Assembly (NCBI GenBank): GCA_963752255.1
Contig: CAVVXT010000003.1
Location: forward strand, 64,001 to 128,000
DNA length: 64,000 bases
Source of the DNA: Nitrososphaeria archaeon
GTDB taxonomy: Archaea > Thermoproteota > Nitrososphaeria > JACIWG01
Direction: 5' to 3'
Shown here: positions 32,049 to 42,522 of the stretch, piece after piece
Numbering within the stretch: the first letter of the stretch is position 1
How the letters are laid out: every line of letters begins with the position of its first letter
Notes under the pieces: generated by a model
Databases searched by the model: none
What the model was told of the DNA's origin: nothing
Seen by the model: only the letters and a program-made list of their open reading frames with translations
Translations under genes and position numbers: made by a program

Positions 32049-32150
32049 ACATCTGCTCTATGACCTTGCGTAATGTGCCCTTATCGGGGTAGATGGGAAG
32101 AATTGTTTATGAGAGTAATACTTATCAATAAGTCAATATAATATAAGATT

Positions 32151-32411
32151 ATGTCAGAGGTTAAGAAGACAGTAGTGGGTGAAATCGAACACTTCTATCC
32201 CAAAATAAATGTAGTTGTTGTGACTGTTAAAATCCCATTGAAGGTTGGCGACAAAATAATGATAGAAGGTAAAACCACACATTTTGAGCAGATCGTAGAT
32301 TCAATGCAGATCGAACATTCTAATATTAAGGAAGTGGAGCAGGGACAATCCATAGGCCTTAAAGTTGTTGATAAAGTAAAAGAAGGCGATACTGTTTTCA
32401 AATTAGATTAA
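32151..32411 (+). CDS. Translation-elongation-factor-like beta-barrel protein (U32 C-terminal-like)
   Basis: VGEIEHFYPKINV, LKVGDKI, QIVDSMQIEH, GQSIGLKV. Confidence 0.8.
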   Translation: MSEVKKTVVGEIEHFYPKINVVVVTVKIPLKVGDKIMIEGKTTHFEQIVDSMQIEHSNIKEVEQGQSIGLKVVDKVKEGDTVFKLD

Positions 32412-32550
32412 AAAAGGCCTAGGTTCACCAAAGATCATTGCTAAATATTTTAAATAATAAAAAATAGTTTAAAAATAAATATTCTTTTAAAGTGATAACA
32501 ATTGTTTAATAAATAATGGAATATCATATATCGTAAATGGCGTGTAATAC

Positions 32551-33171
32551 ATGTTTGACTTATCGGTGCTCTTGAAAATTATAATCGTTAGTGCTTCAGG
32601 AGCACTTGCACCAGGTCCTTTAACGGCATCGGCTACTACACTTGGTGTAAAAAGTGGGTGGAAGGCTGGTTTAAGAATTGCATTTGGTCATACACTTGTT
32701 GAATTTCCTCTGGTTATTTCGATAGCCTATGGACTTGAAACTGTCTTTCAGATTCCGTCAATAAAATTTTTCTTAGGATTAGTTGGTGGGTCATTTCTGT
32801 TATTTTTTGGTTGTCTAACAGTAAAAGATGCACTTTACGTTAAAAGCAGTGATTTTCAGAACGCAAAATCCAAGCATAATTCTGCCCTATTCGTGGGCGT
32901 TATCTTAACATTATTTAATCCATACTTTATCGCTTGGTGGTTAGGTGTAGGATCAACTCTTATGATGCAAGTGTTATCTTCAATAAGTCTATTTGCGGTC
33001 ATTATTTTTTATTTGGCTCACGTGTGGTTGGATTACATCTGGCTTATGTTTATTTCTATGGTTGGTTCAGCATCAAGAATAAATCTCAAACTCTATAAGA
33101 TGATTTTGATAATATTATCAATAATAATATTCTATTTCGGAATAAATCTGATTATCTCAACAATATTTTAA
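32551..33171 (+). CDS. LysE-family translocator
   Basis: SGALAPGPL, GHTLVE, NPYFIAWW. Confidence 0.88.
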   Translation: MFDLSVLLKIIIVSASGALAPGPLTASATTLGVKSGWKAGLRIAFGHTLVEFPLVISIAYGLETVFQIPSIKFFLGLVGGSFLLFFGCLTVKDALYVKSSDFQNAKSKHNSALFVGVILTLFNPYFIAWWLGVGSTLMMQVLSSISLFAVIIFYLAHVWLDYIWLMFISMVGSASRINLKLYKMILIILSIIIFYFGINLIISTIF

Positions 33172-33185
33172 TCAAAATATGTATA

Positions 33186-33428
33186 AATTTTATTAAAGCT
33201 ACCAATATCTTCTAGCTTTTTACTTTGACGTATGGTCTATGCAGGTTTTTCTTTTGAGTTTTTTCCACAAACAGAATATCCTATAGGTAGAAGAAAAACA
33301 ATTGTGAATTTTTAGGGTATTTCAAAAAGATTTTTAATTAATTCGTCTCCAAAGTTTCCTACCCAACAAGTGCCTAAACCTAATTCTTCAGCTTCTAAAA
33401 GACAGGCATATAAAAATAGGTCTGTAAC
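33186..33428 (-). pseudogene. Nitroreductase C-terminal remnant
   Basis: LLEAEELGLGTCWVGNF...IP*...LPIGYS...*...KKLEDI, with two in-frame stops and no N-terminus. Confidence 0.7.
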
Positions 33429-33483
33429 TTGACACACACATAGAAGAATAAGCATATTAGTTTAGAAAGTTTGATGCTAGCTT

Positions 33484-34188
33484 ATGAAGGTAGCCGCACT
33501 CGGAGACATTCATGCTCCAAAGTACTTTGACCTTTTTAAGAAAAGTTTAGAAGAATTCCTCAAAAGAAAAGAAGATGTATCAGCTTTTTTGCTTGCAGGA
33601 GACTTAATAGATAGTGGACGTTATGACCAACTTGATATAATAAGAGAGTTTATAAAAAAGGTGGATTTACCGACTTACAGTTGTTTCGGTAATAATGAAT
33701 ATCAAGAATATTCAGATATTGTTATGAAAAAACTTCCAGAAGTAGTTTTTTTAGACGACAATTGTGTGAAACTTAAAAGAAAAGAAGATTACGTCGCTAT
33801 AGTCGGATCAAGAGGTGTTCTCGACAAACCAACTTACTGGCAGAAGAAAAACTGGAATGATATTGACGAAATCTATGAAAAAAGGAGAAACAGGCTCAAT
33901 GAATTAGCTGATATGTGCCAAGCGGACATGAAGATTTTACTAATCCATTATCCACCGACATTGAAAATCGTTAAGGGGGAAAATCCTAGATTTATAGAAC
34001 AAATGGGGTCCAATAAGCTCGACCCAGTCATCAGGAAGTTTAACCTAGTTATAACTGCTCATGCTCATAAGGGGAAAAAGTTGGTGGAAGTAGAAGGTAT
34101 TCCAGTTTACAACGTTTCCTTACCATTAAATGGTCGGATATGCATTTTGGAAGTAGTGCAAAAACATGGTCTAGAAAAGTTTATGTGA
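33484..34188 (+). CDS. Metallophosphoesterase
   Basis: GDIH, AGDLID, GNNE, HYPP, HAH. Confidence 0.88.
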   Translation: MKVAALGDIHAPKYFDLFKKSLEEFLKRKEDVSAFLLAGDLIDSGRYDQLDIIREFIKKVDLPTYSCFGNNEYQEYSDIVMKKLPEVVFLDDNCVKLKRKEDYVAIVGSRGVLDKPTYWQKKNWNDIDEIYEKRRNRLNELADMCQADMKILLIHYPPTLKIVKGENPRFIEQMGSNKLDPVIRKFNLVITAHAHKGKKLVEVEGIPVYNVSLPLNGRICILEVVQKHGLEKFM

Positions 34189-34404
34189 CTATCTCTCAAT
34201 TAAATCATAAAGGAGACCTAAACCTATTTTCACATCTTTTATTTACCTTATAAATTCCAGTAGCAAAGCCGAACACTAAACATTTTCGTTAAAGAGAGGA
34301 CTATAACATTGAATGTTTGAAATGACAGTTTTATAAGTACATAGTAAAAAGATAAGGCTTTATGATAAACATTTATAATATAAAAATGACAATATTAGAA
34401 TAGG

Positions 34405-36081
34405 GTGTCTCAATTGAGGATAGCATTAGCTCAGATGAATTCTACTGTGGGTGACATTGAAGGAAATATTAAGAAAATTAGAGATTTCATTTCAAAAGCA
34501 AAAAATGCTGAGGTTGATTTAATAATTTTTCCTGAGCTCTGCGTTACCGGATATCCCCCACAAGATCTACTTTATGAAAAAGAGTTTGTTAGAAAGAACA
34601 AGGAAATGTTGCTCGATCTTATAAGTAAAAATTTAGAAATAGCTGCCGTTGTCGGTTTTGTCGACTATAAAGATGAAGGATTATACAACTCTGCTGCTGT
34701 CTTTAAGAACACTTTTCTTTTAGGTACCGTTTATAAAACACTTTTACCTACTTACGATGTTTTTGATGAGGCTAGATATTTTATTCCTCAGGCTAAGCGG
34801 CAAATTAAACCTGTGGCTGTAAAAATAAAAAATGCTATTATAAAATTGGGTGTTGAAATCTGCGAAGACTTATGGGATGAGCGTTATGAAACAAAGGTTA
34901 CAGATCTGTTAACACAAAAAGGTGCAGATTTGATAATTAACATTTCTGCATCTCCATTTTACGTTGGTAAGAGGTTTGAACGAGAGATACTTTTGACTGA
35001 AAAAGCTCAAAAAAACAAGGTACCTATATTCTACGTCAACTTAGTCGGTGGACAAGATGAACTTGTCTTCGATGGTCAAAGTCTTGCTGTCGATGCTTTT
35101 GGAAAATTTATATGTTTTGGGAAACAGTTTGAAGAAGACCTAATCGTTATCGAAACTGAAACAAAACAGAAGGTTGCAGAGAATGTTATTCTTCCTCCCT
35201 ATGATAGGGAGGAGGAAATGTTCAGTGCATTGGTTCTTGGTGTCCGGGACTACTTCAAAAAGACTGGATTTAAAAGAGCAATTATAGGGATGAGTGGTGG
35301 TATAGATTCTTCTGTAACTACCTGCATCGCATCTAGCGCCCTTGGCAGAGATAACGTTATAGGTTTATCAATGCCCTCTAAATTCTCGAGCATGCACAGT
35401 AGAACTGATGCTGGAACATTAGCAAATAACCTAGGGATCTACTTCATCCAATTATCCATTCAGGATATTGTTGAGAGTTTTCATAAGACTTTGGAAGAAC
35501 CATTGTGTCTAATAAGAAATCATTTTGGTATGGATAAAAGTCAAGATGACAGTGTTGCTGATGAAAACATCCAACCACGAGTAAGGGGGAATTCTTTAAT
35601 GGACATCTCGAATCGTCTCAGGGATTTAAGAATATTAGTCTTGAACACAGGAAATAAAACAGAGGTTGCTCTTGGTTACAATACTCTTTACGGTGACATG
35701 ACCGGTGGACTAGGTGTTTTAGGGGATGTCAGTAAGCTTGATGTTTACAAGTTGGCTGATTTTATTAATCAGAAATCTGGAAAGGAAATTATTCCCAAAG
35801 ACGTGTTGAAAAAGAAACCATCTCCAGAACTTAAAGAGAATCAGTTTGATCCTTTTGACTTTAACATAGTAAGCCCTCTAGTTGACGAGATAATCGGCAA
35901 CAGGAGAAGCAAAAAAGAACTAATTAACATGGGATATTCCTCAGTTGTCGTCAATGATATATACAAGAGAATCAGAAATGCTGAGTACAAAAGATGGCAG
36001 GCACCTCCCGCCATCAAAATCACGAAGAAAGCTTTTGGAATAGGATGGAAGATGCCTATAGTAAATAAATATGAAGGTTAA
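34405..36081 (+). CDS. nadE: Glutamine-dependent NAD+ synthetase
   Basis: Nitrilase domain (FPEL, EICEDLW) plus SGGIDS, ENIQPRVRG, TGNKTE, PSPEL. Confidence 0.95.
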   Translation: MSQLRIALAQMNSTVGDIEGNIKKIRDFISKAKNAEVDLIIFPELCVTGYPPQDLLYEKEFVRKNKEMLLDLISKNLEIAAVVGFVDYKDEGLYNSAAVFKNTFLLGTVYKTLLPTYDVFDEARYFIPQAKRQIKPVAVKIKNAIIKLGVEICEDLWDERYETKVTDLLTQKGADLIINISASPFYVGKRFEREILLTEKAQKNKVPIFYVNLVGGQDELVFDGQSLAVDAFGKFICFGKQFEEDLIVIETETKQKVAENVILPPYDREEEMFSALVLGVRDYFKKTGFKRAIIGMSGGIDSSVTTCIASSALGRDNVIGLSMPSKFSSMHSRTDAGTLANNLGIYFIQLSIQDIVESFHKTLEEPLCLIRNHFGMDKSQDDSVADENIQPRVRGNSLMDISNRLRDLRILVLNTGNKTEVALGYNTLYGDMTGGLGVLGDVSKLDVYKLADFINQKSGKEIIPKDVLKKKPSPELKENQFDPFDFNIVSPLVDEIIGNRRSKKELINMGYSSVVVNDIYKRIRNAEYKRWQAPPAIKITKKAFGIGWKMPIVNKYEG

Positions 36082-36323
36082 ACCAACATCAAACTTTTAT
36101 CAGCTATCGTAAAAGCGTATCAGCTCCAATTGTAGAAGATAACATTCTCCCGGCTGTAATTTTCAAATATTATTACTTCTATTAAAAAATATTGCTCATA
36201 ATCCTTTTGTATCGCTATCAATCGATTTGGTTCCAAATTCTTTAAAAAAGTGTAACATTTTTTAGACACATAAAAACAGGGATTACGGGAACATAAATAA
36301 TTCTCCAATATTGATGGTGAACC

Positions 36324-36755
36324 ATGAAAAGGATAAGATTGATCATTGTAACTTTTGTACTGATTATTGTAATTGTCTCCTTAATTTATTGGGGTAGACA
36401 AAACTATTTTCAAGAAACAAAACACAGTGGCGATATTTGGGCAACGATAGAAGATTCGAAAGGGAATCTTATTTCGATAGATTTTCTAAATACGAACAAT
36501 AATATCTGGGATACGTTGATAAAACTTAATCTAAATAAGACCAAGATGTTTATTGGAGGAATCATAGAACAATATCAAAACAAATGGGGCTTCCATTTTA
36601 AGATTAATAGTATAGTGATCTCACAATCTGTGCCCGAGGACAGACAGGCTAATATTGAACAAATAAGTTTAGACCTGAATCACTGGGAAAACGGGCAAGT
36701 AGTTTACATCTACTCAACAGTTGTTGAAGTTCACATTCTGGTTCCAATTAATTGA
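36324..36755 (+). CDS. Hypothetical membrane-anchored/secreted protein
   Basis: N-terminal TM helix, upstream GGTGA RBS, NKWGFHF. Confidence 0.6.
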   Translation: MKRIRLIIVTFVLIIVIVSLIYWGRQNYFQETKHSGDIWATIEDSKGNLISIDFLNTNNNIWDTLIKLNLNKTKMFIGGIIEQYQNKWGFHFKINSIVISQSVPEDRQANIEQISLDLNHWENGQVVYIYSTVVEVHILVPIN

Positions 36756-36841
36756 AAATCTTCCTTGTATTAAAATTATTTTTTGGATAGCCTATTAGAA
36801 AAGAATAAATTAAACAGGTTATTTAGATCATTGACTATTAC

Positions 36842-37432
36842 ATGAGAACATTTTGTGTTGTAGGCGAGTCAAACTCTGGAAAAACTATGCTCATAGAAAA
36901 ATTGGTTAAAACATTAACGGCTAAGGGATATACGGTTTGCACTTTAAAACATACGAATCTCAATTCATTCGATACGGAAGGTAAGGACACATCAAAACAT
37001 CTTCATGCGGGAGCAAGAATAGCATTCGGTCTCTCAAGGAAAGAATCTATTGCATTCCTCGAAAGGAAAACTATCGATGATCTATCCCAATTGCTTCCAC
37101 CATCCGATTTTTTTATCATTGAAGGTGGAAAGAATGCAGTTTGTCCCAAGATACTTGTAGGAAAAAAGAAGGTTAATGGAAAATATATAGCTAACTGGCA
37201 AATGGGACAGCCAATTGAAAAGGTTATTCAATCTATAATTGCTCTACCTTCCGATTCAACACAACTATATGTAGACTGTAAAAGGATTAACCTGAATCCT
37301 TTTATCCAAAAAGCCGTAATATCTATGCTCTTAGGTTTTATCGTAAGTCTTAAGGGTGTTGAAAGCACAGAACGCGAACTAACAATAAAAGTAAACCTTA
37401 AGGAATTTAAGAATCAGTTAAAGGAGACATGA
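36842..37432 (+). CDS. mobB: Molybdopterin-guanine dinucleotide biosynthesis protein B
   Basis: GESNSGKT, LKH, DTEGKDT, IEGG; C-terminal LNPFIQ domain. Confidence 0.85.
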   Translation: MRTFCVVGESNSGKTMLIEKLVKTLTAKGYTVCTLKHTNLNSFDTEGKDTSKHLHAGARIAFGLSRKESIAFLERKTIDDLSQLLPPSDFFIIEGGKNAVCPKILVGKKKVNGKYIANWQMGQPIEKVIQSIIALPSDSTQLYVDCKRINLNPFIQKAVISMLLGFIVSLKGVESTERELTIKVNLKEFKNQLKET

Positions 37433-37565
37433 TTATCTTAGGCATTTGTTTAAGATATTTCAATGTCACTATCAATATAAAAAGAGATCTTAAAATGGAA
37501 AGAATAAACAAAGAGCATTTAAAGTTTCTTTCAAATAATACTGTAAATTAAGTCATAAAAACTGT

Positions 37566-38129
37566 TTATTTTTTTGTCTCAGGAGAAAGCTTGAGGGAGA
37601 AAGAGGCTTTTGCAATCATAAGCCATGCAACTAATAATATTATGAAGCCGATCAAAAATATGATGAGCACCGAACCAATAAGGAGAAGAAAGCCCCCGGT
37701 ACTGAACGACTTCGCTCCCGTCTTTGATGCCAGCGCATTAAAGGTTCTTTTAAAGAATATACTTTCGAAAAAAAAGAGCAAGAACATTATTAAAAATATA
37801 CCTATTAGATCAAAAAAAATTGGTGACGCAAATTCCTTTGTTAATTCTGTTGGATTACTTATAATTTCACTGATTATTGATAAAAGTAATCCAGGAATGT
37901 GAACAAAGGTTATGACTGTAAAAAAAAATAAGGCAAGAATACCAAAAATAAAGCCGTATAACGTATTTCTAAGCATATCGATGTCCTGATAATAATATGA
38001 CAATTCTCTTAGACCGATTAAAAGGATCACTATTCCAATAATGCCTACTGCGGGAATCAATGATCCTATTGCAATCAAAATTGCTCCTACTCCCGAGTAA
38101 ATTTTATTCGTATTAAAATTAGAAGGCAT
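37566..38129 (-). CDS. DUF996-family membrane protein
   Basis: GVGAIL...GIVILLIGLRELSYYY...FSTGGFLLLIGSVL...AWL. Confidence 0.75.
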   Translation of the reverse strand: MPSNFNTNKIYSGVGAILIAIGSLIPAVGIIGIVILLIGLRELSYYYQDIDMLRNTLYGFIFGILALFFFTVITFVHIPGLLLSIISEIISNPTELTKEFASPIFFDLIGIFLIMFLLFFFESIFFKRTFNALASKTGAKSFSTGGFLLLIGSVLIIFLIGFIILLVAWLMIAKASFSLKLSPETKK

Positions 38130-38232
38130 AATAAGAAACCTTTTATTCTGTTTTTAAACTTTTTAATTAAAATTTAGTGTAGTGGCGTAACGCAAAAATA
38201 TAACCGTAAAATATGGTACCTGGCGGATTCGA

Positions 38233-39379
38233 TTGAAATATAGGCAATTTGGGAAACTAGATTGGAAAGTATCTGCTCTTGGTTTTGGAGCAATGAGGCT
38301 ACCAATTATAGGCTCAGATAAAAGTAAGATAGAGGAGGGAGAAGCAATTAAAATGATACGTTATGCTATAGATCATGGTGTGAACTATTTAGATTCTGCG
38401 TATACCTACCATGAAGGTAATAGCGAGACACTTGTTGGGAAGGCTCTAAAAGGTGGATACAGACAAAAAGTCAGGGTAGCTACAAAGATGCCTACCTGGT
38501 TGGTCAATTCTCAATCTGATATGACAAAATTCTTGAACGAGCAGTTAACAAGATTACAATTAGATCATGTTGACTTCTATTTGCTCCATGGTCTCAAAAA
38601 GGATCGTTGGTTGAAGATGAAAGAATTAAATGTTTTTGATTGGGCTGAAAAAGCGATCGAAGAAGGTAAGATAATGCATTTAGGTTTCAGCTTCCATGAC
38701 GATTACGAAACATTTAAGGAAATTATAGATGGCTATGATAAATGGGATCTTTGCCAGATACAATACAATTACTTAGATCAAGACATTCAAGCCGGTACTC
38801 GTGGCTTGAGGTATGCTACATCAAAAAAGTTAGCTGTTGTTGTTATGGAGCCTATCGCCGGTGGAATTCTTGCTTTCAAACCATCAAAAGAAATCCGGGA
38901 TATTTGGAGTAGAATGAAGATTAAAAGAACGCCTGCTGAATGGGCTCTACAATGGGTTTGGGATCACCCTGAAGTGTCCTTAGCCTTAAGTGGGATGAGC
39001 ACTATGGAACAGGTTATAGAAAACATAAAAAGTGCAGGTAGATCTAAACCAAGTAAATTAACAGAAAAAGAATTGGATACGATCACAGAAGTAAAGAAGA
39101 AGTATATTCAATTTGGACTCATAGGCTGTAAAAATTGCGGGTACTGTATGCCATGTCCTCAAGGTGTGGAAATACCCAAGATTCTAGCATTCTATAATGA
39201 ACATAGTAAAAGACGTGGAAACGGTGAAGCAATAAGAGAAACTAGCTTCAAAATATAAAGAGACAATACCTGCTGAAAATCGTGCTACGAAATGTGTTAA
39301 ATGTGGACAATGTGAGGAAAGATGTCCTCAGCAGCTGCCTATCCGTGACTTACTTGCAAAAGCTGTTACAACATTCTAG
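38233..39379 (+). CDS. Aldo/keto reductase with C-terminal 4Fe-4S dicluster; frameshift near 39236
   Basis: LGFGAMRLP, DSAYTYH, CKNCGYCMPCP; a second CVKCGQCEERCP lies in the shifted frame ending at 39379. Confidence 0.88.
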
Positions 39380-39447
39380 GCGATATTAAATATTCATAGA
39401 AAATTTTTGAATATATAATCTGGTGCAAGATTCATATATGATCAATA

Positions 39448-40416
39448 TCATTCTTTAAAGGGCAACATTGCCATAATAAGTGGAAATATAATTGTTGCGT
39501 CACCGTTAACAAAACAGTGTTCTGCATTCGGTTTTATCTTCCCCCATGTTATTGCTTCCTTAGGTTTTGCACCACTTAGACTTCCATCAAATTCCTGTGC
39601 AGTAGATATATAGACGACGTAGTCTAAGCCGTCTTTGAATTGATTCCACCAAATTGTATGATGTTTGCTTATACCACCACCTATCACGATCGCTCCGCTT
39701 CTTTTGGCTTTAAATACGATGTCAGCAAGTTCGTTCTGATCTTTGAAGGGATTCAACGTAAACTTATGTAGCCCTGAATAGCTGAACATTGCTGTGCCAA
39801 ATGCACCATCCAAAAAACCCGGCACGAAGATCGGGACGTTCTTTTTACAAGCATTAAATATAAATGAATCATCATTTCCGATGTCCCTCGCGATTGATTC
39901 GATTACTTCCCTAACGCCATACGTGTTACTTGAATCTAGCCTTGATAATGTATTGTAAACGATGCGCTCGACAACTGGACCGTAATTTTCTATTGGGATG
40001 AAAACATTTCCAAGTCTATGAATATGCATTCGTTCAAGATATTTATCATCTACTTCAAAAGTCCCTCTAAAATAGCCATCTCCACATGTTCTAGCGATAT
40101 CATGGTCTATAGCGCCGCAGGTTGTAATAATAACATCCACGAATCCATTATTAATCGCGTCCTTTATCAAACCACGGAAGCCTGTTGAGACAAGATTGCC
40201 TGTAAAGGATAAAAACTTAATACACTTTTTATCTTTAATCATCCTACTGGCTATATTCGTTGCGTTAGCGATGTCCGCTGCAGAAAAACCCCAGATATTT
40301 TCGTATAGGTCACCCAGAGATTTGATATCCTTCAGATCTTGAATTGAAGGATCTTTAATTAACGGACCCAAAACCTTTTTTCTTTCCTTCAACGTCATAC
40401 TTCTCGACATTATCAT
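39448..40416 (-). CDS. dys: Deoxyhypusine synthase
   Basis: FTGNLVSTG, GGGISKHH, DGSLSGAKPKEAITWGK. Confidence 0.93.
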   Translation of the reverse strand: MIMSRSMTLKERKKVLGPLIKDPSIQDLKDIKSLGDLYENIWGFSAADIANATNIASRMIKDKKCIKFLSFTGNLVSTGFRGLIKDAINNGFVDVIITTCGAIDHDIARTCGDGYFRGTFEVDDKYLERMHIHRLGNVFIPIENYGPVVERIVYNTLSRLDSSNTYGVREVIESIARDIGNDDSFIFNACKKNVPIFVPGFLDGAFGTAMFSYSGLHKFTLNPFKDQNELADIVFKAKRSGAIVIGGGISKHHTIWWNQFKDGLDYVVYISTAQEFDGSLSGAKPKEAITWGKIKPNAEHCFVNGDATIIFPLIMAMLPFKE

Positions 40417-40467
40417 TATCTTAATATTTTATAAACAATTATTTTTTCGTTAAGAAAAATCTTTTTG

Positions 40468-41520
40468 TCAAAAGACTACTGACAGGTATCTTATTGCATT
40501 GCTAGCCATCTTAGACATTAAAAAATTCTTTGGCCAAGAATATCCTTTTGATTCCGAGAACATGTCCTCAACAGAATTTAAATCTCTATCTCTTACATAT
40601 TTAAGTGAAGTTGACAGCAATTTTATTGTATCTTTGCTTGAATATTTGGAAGAAGCGACTTTCAAGAAATCGATAAGAGCCTGCCATTTAGAAACAAGTT
40701 TTGCTTTAGTTATCGCATCTTCCCGACTTTCTGATAAAGCAAGTAAATCGACATGCTTTTTTATGTTTATACTGCATATCTGTAAATATTTATTTACATT
40801 ACTCGAAGCCATGTTTTCAGAGACTGTTTTAACAAGTTGGTCAAAAAAGATTCCAGGTTTTTCAGTTGAAATTGTTGTAAAACTTTTTTCCTTCATGACA
40901 ATTTTTTCTGGCCCAGAATTTATTGATGCCACTGTATTCATGCAATCACACAGTCCTTGCAAACCATCCATTACTGTATATCCAAATTCGCATGAGGTTT
41001 TAGACAGCCACGTTAAATTGATGACTTTCTGCAAGATAGTTTTTCCGCTAACCTCTGTAAGCGCCTGCTTAGTGATGAACTTCCCGCGTGAAAAAGCCAA
41101 AATATACTCTCCTTTTTCGTTTTCAATTCTGTAGAATCCAAGCTCCGGTGATGATTTAGATAAAAAGATAGATTGCTCCTCCAGTAGGTTCTTCATCAAT
41201 TTTTCATCAAATAAATTTATGACTAAATTCTCAACTCTCGGAGGATAATATATGAACATTAACTTTGCTGGGTCAGACGCACACGGCGTGATACTTTCGA
41301 AGCCAGTCTTGTATTCAACTAAATCATTATTTATTCCCTCATCCACAAGTTTATATATATCATCTAAATTTTCTTTGTTCTCATTGACAAGGAAATGACA
41401 TTCACTTGGATCCATTCTTCCTTTAAAAATAGCTATTGTTGCTAACCTGCATGTCATGTTTCCGCATAATCCGCAATTTTCTGCTGGCATCTTAACGTTC
41501 AAGTCATGTATAAAATGCAT
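40468..41520 (-). CDS. Fe-S cluster domain protein
   Basis: N-terminal PAENCGLCGNMTC...ECHFL putative FeS domain; additional conserved-looking Cys. Confidence 0.65.
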   Translation of the reverse strand: MHFIHDLNVKMPAENCGLCGNMTCRLATIAIFKGRMDPSECHFLVNENKENLDDIYKLVDEGINNDLVEYKTGFESITPCASDPAKLMFIYYPPRVENLVINLFDEKLMKNLLEEQSIFLSKSSPELGFYRIENEKGEYILAFSRGKFITKQALTEVSGKTILQKVINLTWLSKTSCEFGYTVMDGLQGLCDCMNTVASINSGPEKIVMKEKSFTTISTEKPGIFFDQLVKTVSENMASSNVNKYLQICSINIKKHVDLLALSESREDAITKAKLVSKWQALIDFLKVASSKYSSKDTIKLLSTSLKYVRDRDLNSVEDMFSESKGYSWPKNFLMSKMASNAIRYLSVVF

Positions 41521-41940
41521 TTAAGACACCATGGTATCTACTATATCTTTTACCGCCTCCGCGAATATCGTTATGTCTTTTTCTGTATTATAAAAATAGG
41601 TCGATACTCTAACAACCCCTTTTACCTCTCCTAGAACCTTTTTCGTATAAACTTGAGCACATAGATGGCCGCTCCTAACTTCAATATTGTTTGTGGAATA
41701 CAAGATCATAGCTATTTCAACAGGATCCATATTTTCGATATTAAAGGTAAATATATCTGTACGACGTTCAATAGATGGCCCATAGGTCTTTATTCCATTA
41801 ACATTCCCTAACAGTTGATTAGCTAATCCTATTAGGTTTCGATCATGTTGAAGAATTCCGTTTAAACCGACTCTCTTAACGTATTCGAAAGCATCAGCCA
41901 TTACCATCACTTCGCAATGAGCCACAGTTCCAGCCTCAAA
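41521..41940 (-). pseudogene. C-terminal fragment of a SufS-type cysteine desulfurase
   Basis: FEAGT, VRSGHLCA (catalytic Cys), VRVSTYFYNT; an in-frame TAA lies directly before FEAGT and the PLP-binding domain is absent. Confidence 0.8.
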
Positions 41941-42005
41941 TTATTAAATTTTGTGTTTATCATAGTTAAAATACTTATATCTGGGTTTTTAATAATGTAT
42001 GCGAA

Positions 42006-42434
42006 GTGATAAATTTGGTATCGGAAGAATTAAAGAATATGCTGAACAATGCCATTGCCAGAGAACTTCAAGTCGCTATTCAATATATGTGGCAACACGT
42101 TACATGGCGGGGTGTCAAAGCATATGCGTATAATGATAAGGTGCAAGAGATAGCAATAGAGGAGATGAAGCATGCTGAGAAGATTGCTGAAAGGCTCTTT
42201 TATTTGGGTGGCACGCCGACTACAAAACCAGAGCCAATTAACGTGGGAGTGACGATCAAGGAACAAATAAAGCAAGACATTAAAGACGAAGAGAATGCTA
42301 TATCGATGTACAAGGGCATAATTGAAAAAGCCAATTCAGAGAAAGATGTAACGACAGCTTTCATATTTAAGGAAATATTAGAGCAAGAAGAAGAACACCA
42401 CGATTTCTTCACAACAGCTATTGAGGATCTCTAG
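42006..42434 (+). CDS. Ferritin-like (bacterioferritin-type) protein
   Basis: ARELQVAIQY, EEMKHAE, DEENAI, EEEHH ferroxidase motifs. Confidence 0.9.
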   Translation: MINLVSEELKNMLNNAIARELQVAIQYMWQHVTWRGVKAYAYNDKVQEIAIEEMKHAEKIAERLFYLGGTPTTKPEPINVGVTIKEQIKQDIKDEENAISMYKGIIEKANSEKDVTTAFIFKEILEQEEEHHDFFTTAIEDL

Positions 42435-42522
42435 CCTCCTCTACTCTTTTTTATTGCCATCATAATTTTTAAAATGTTTAAGTTAGCTAATGTTTTTATG
42501 CATAGAAGGTATAACAATTGAT

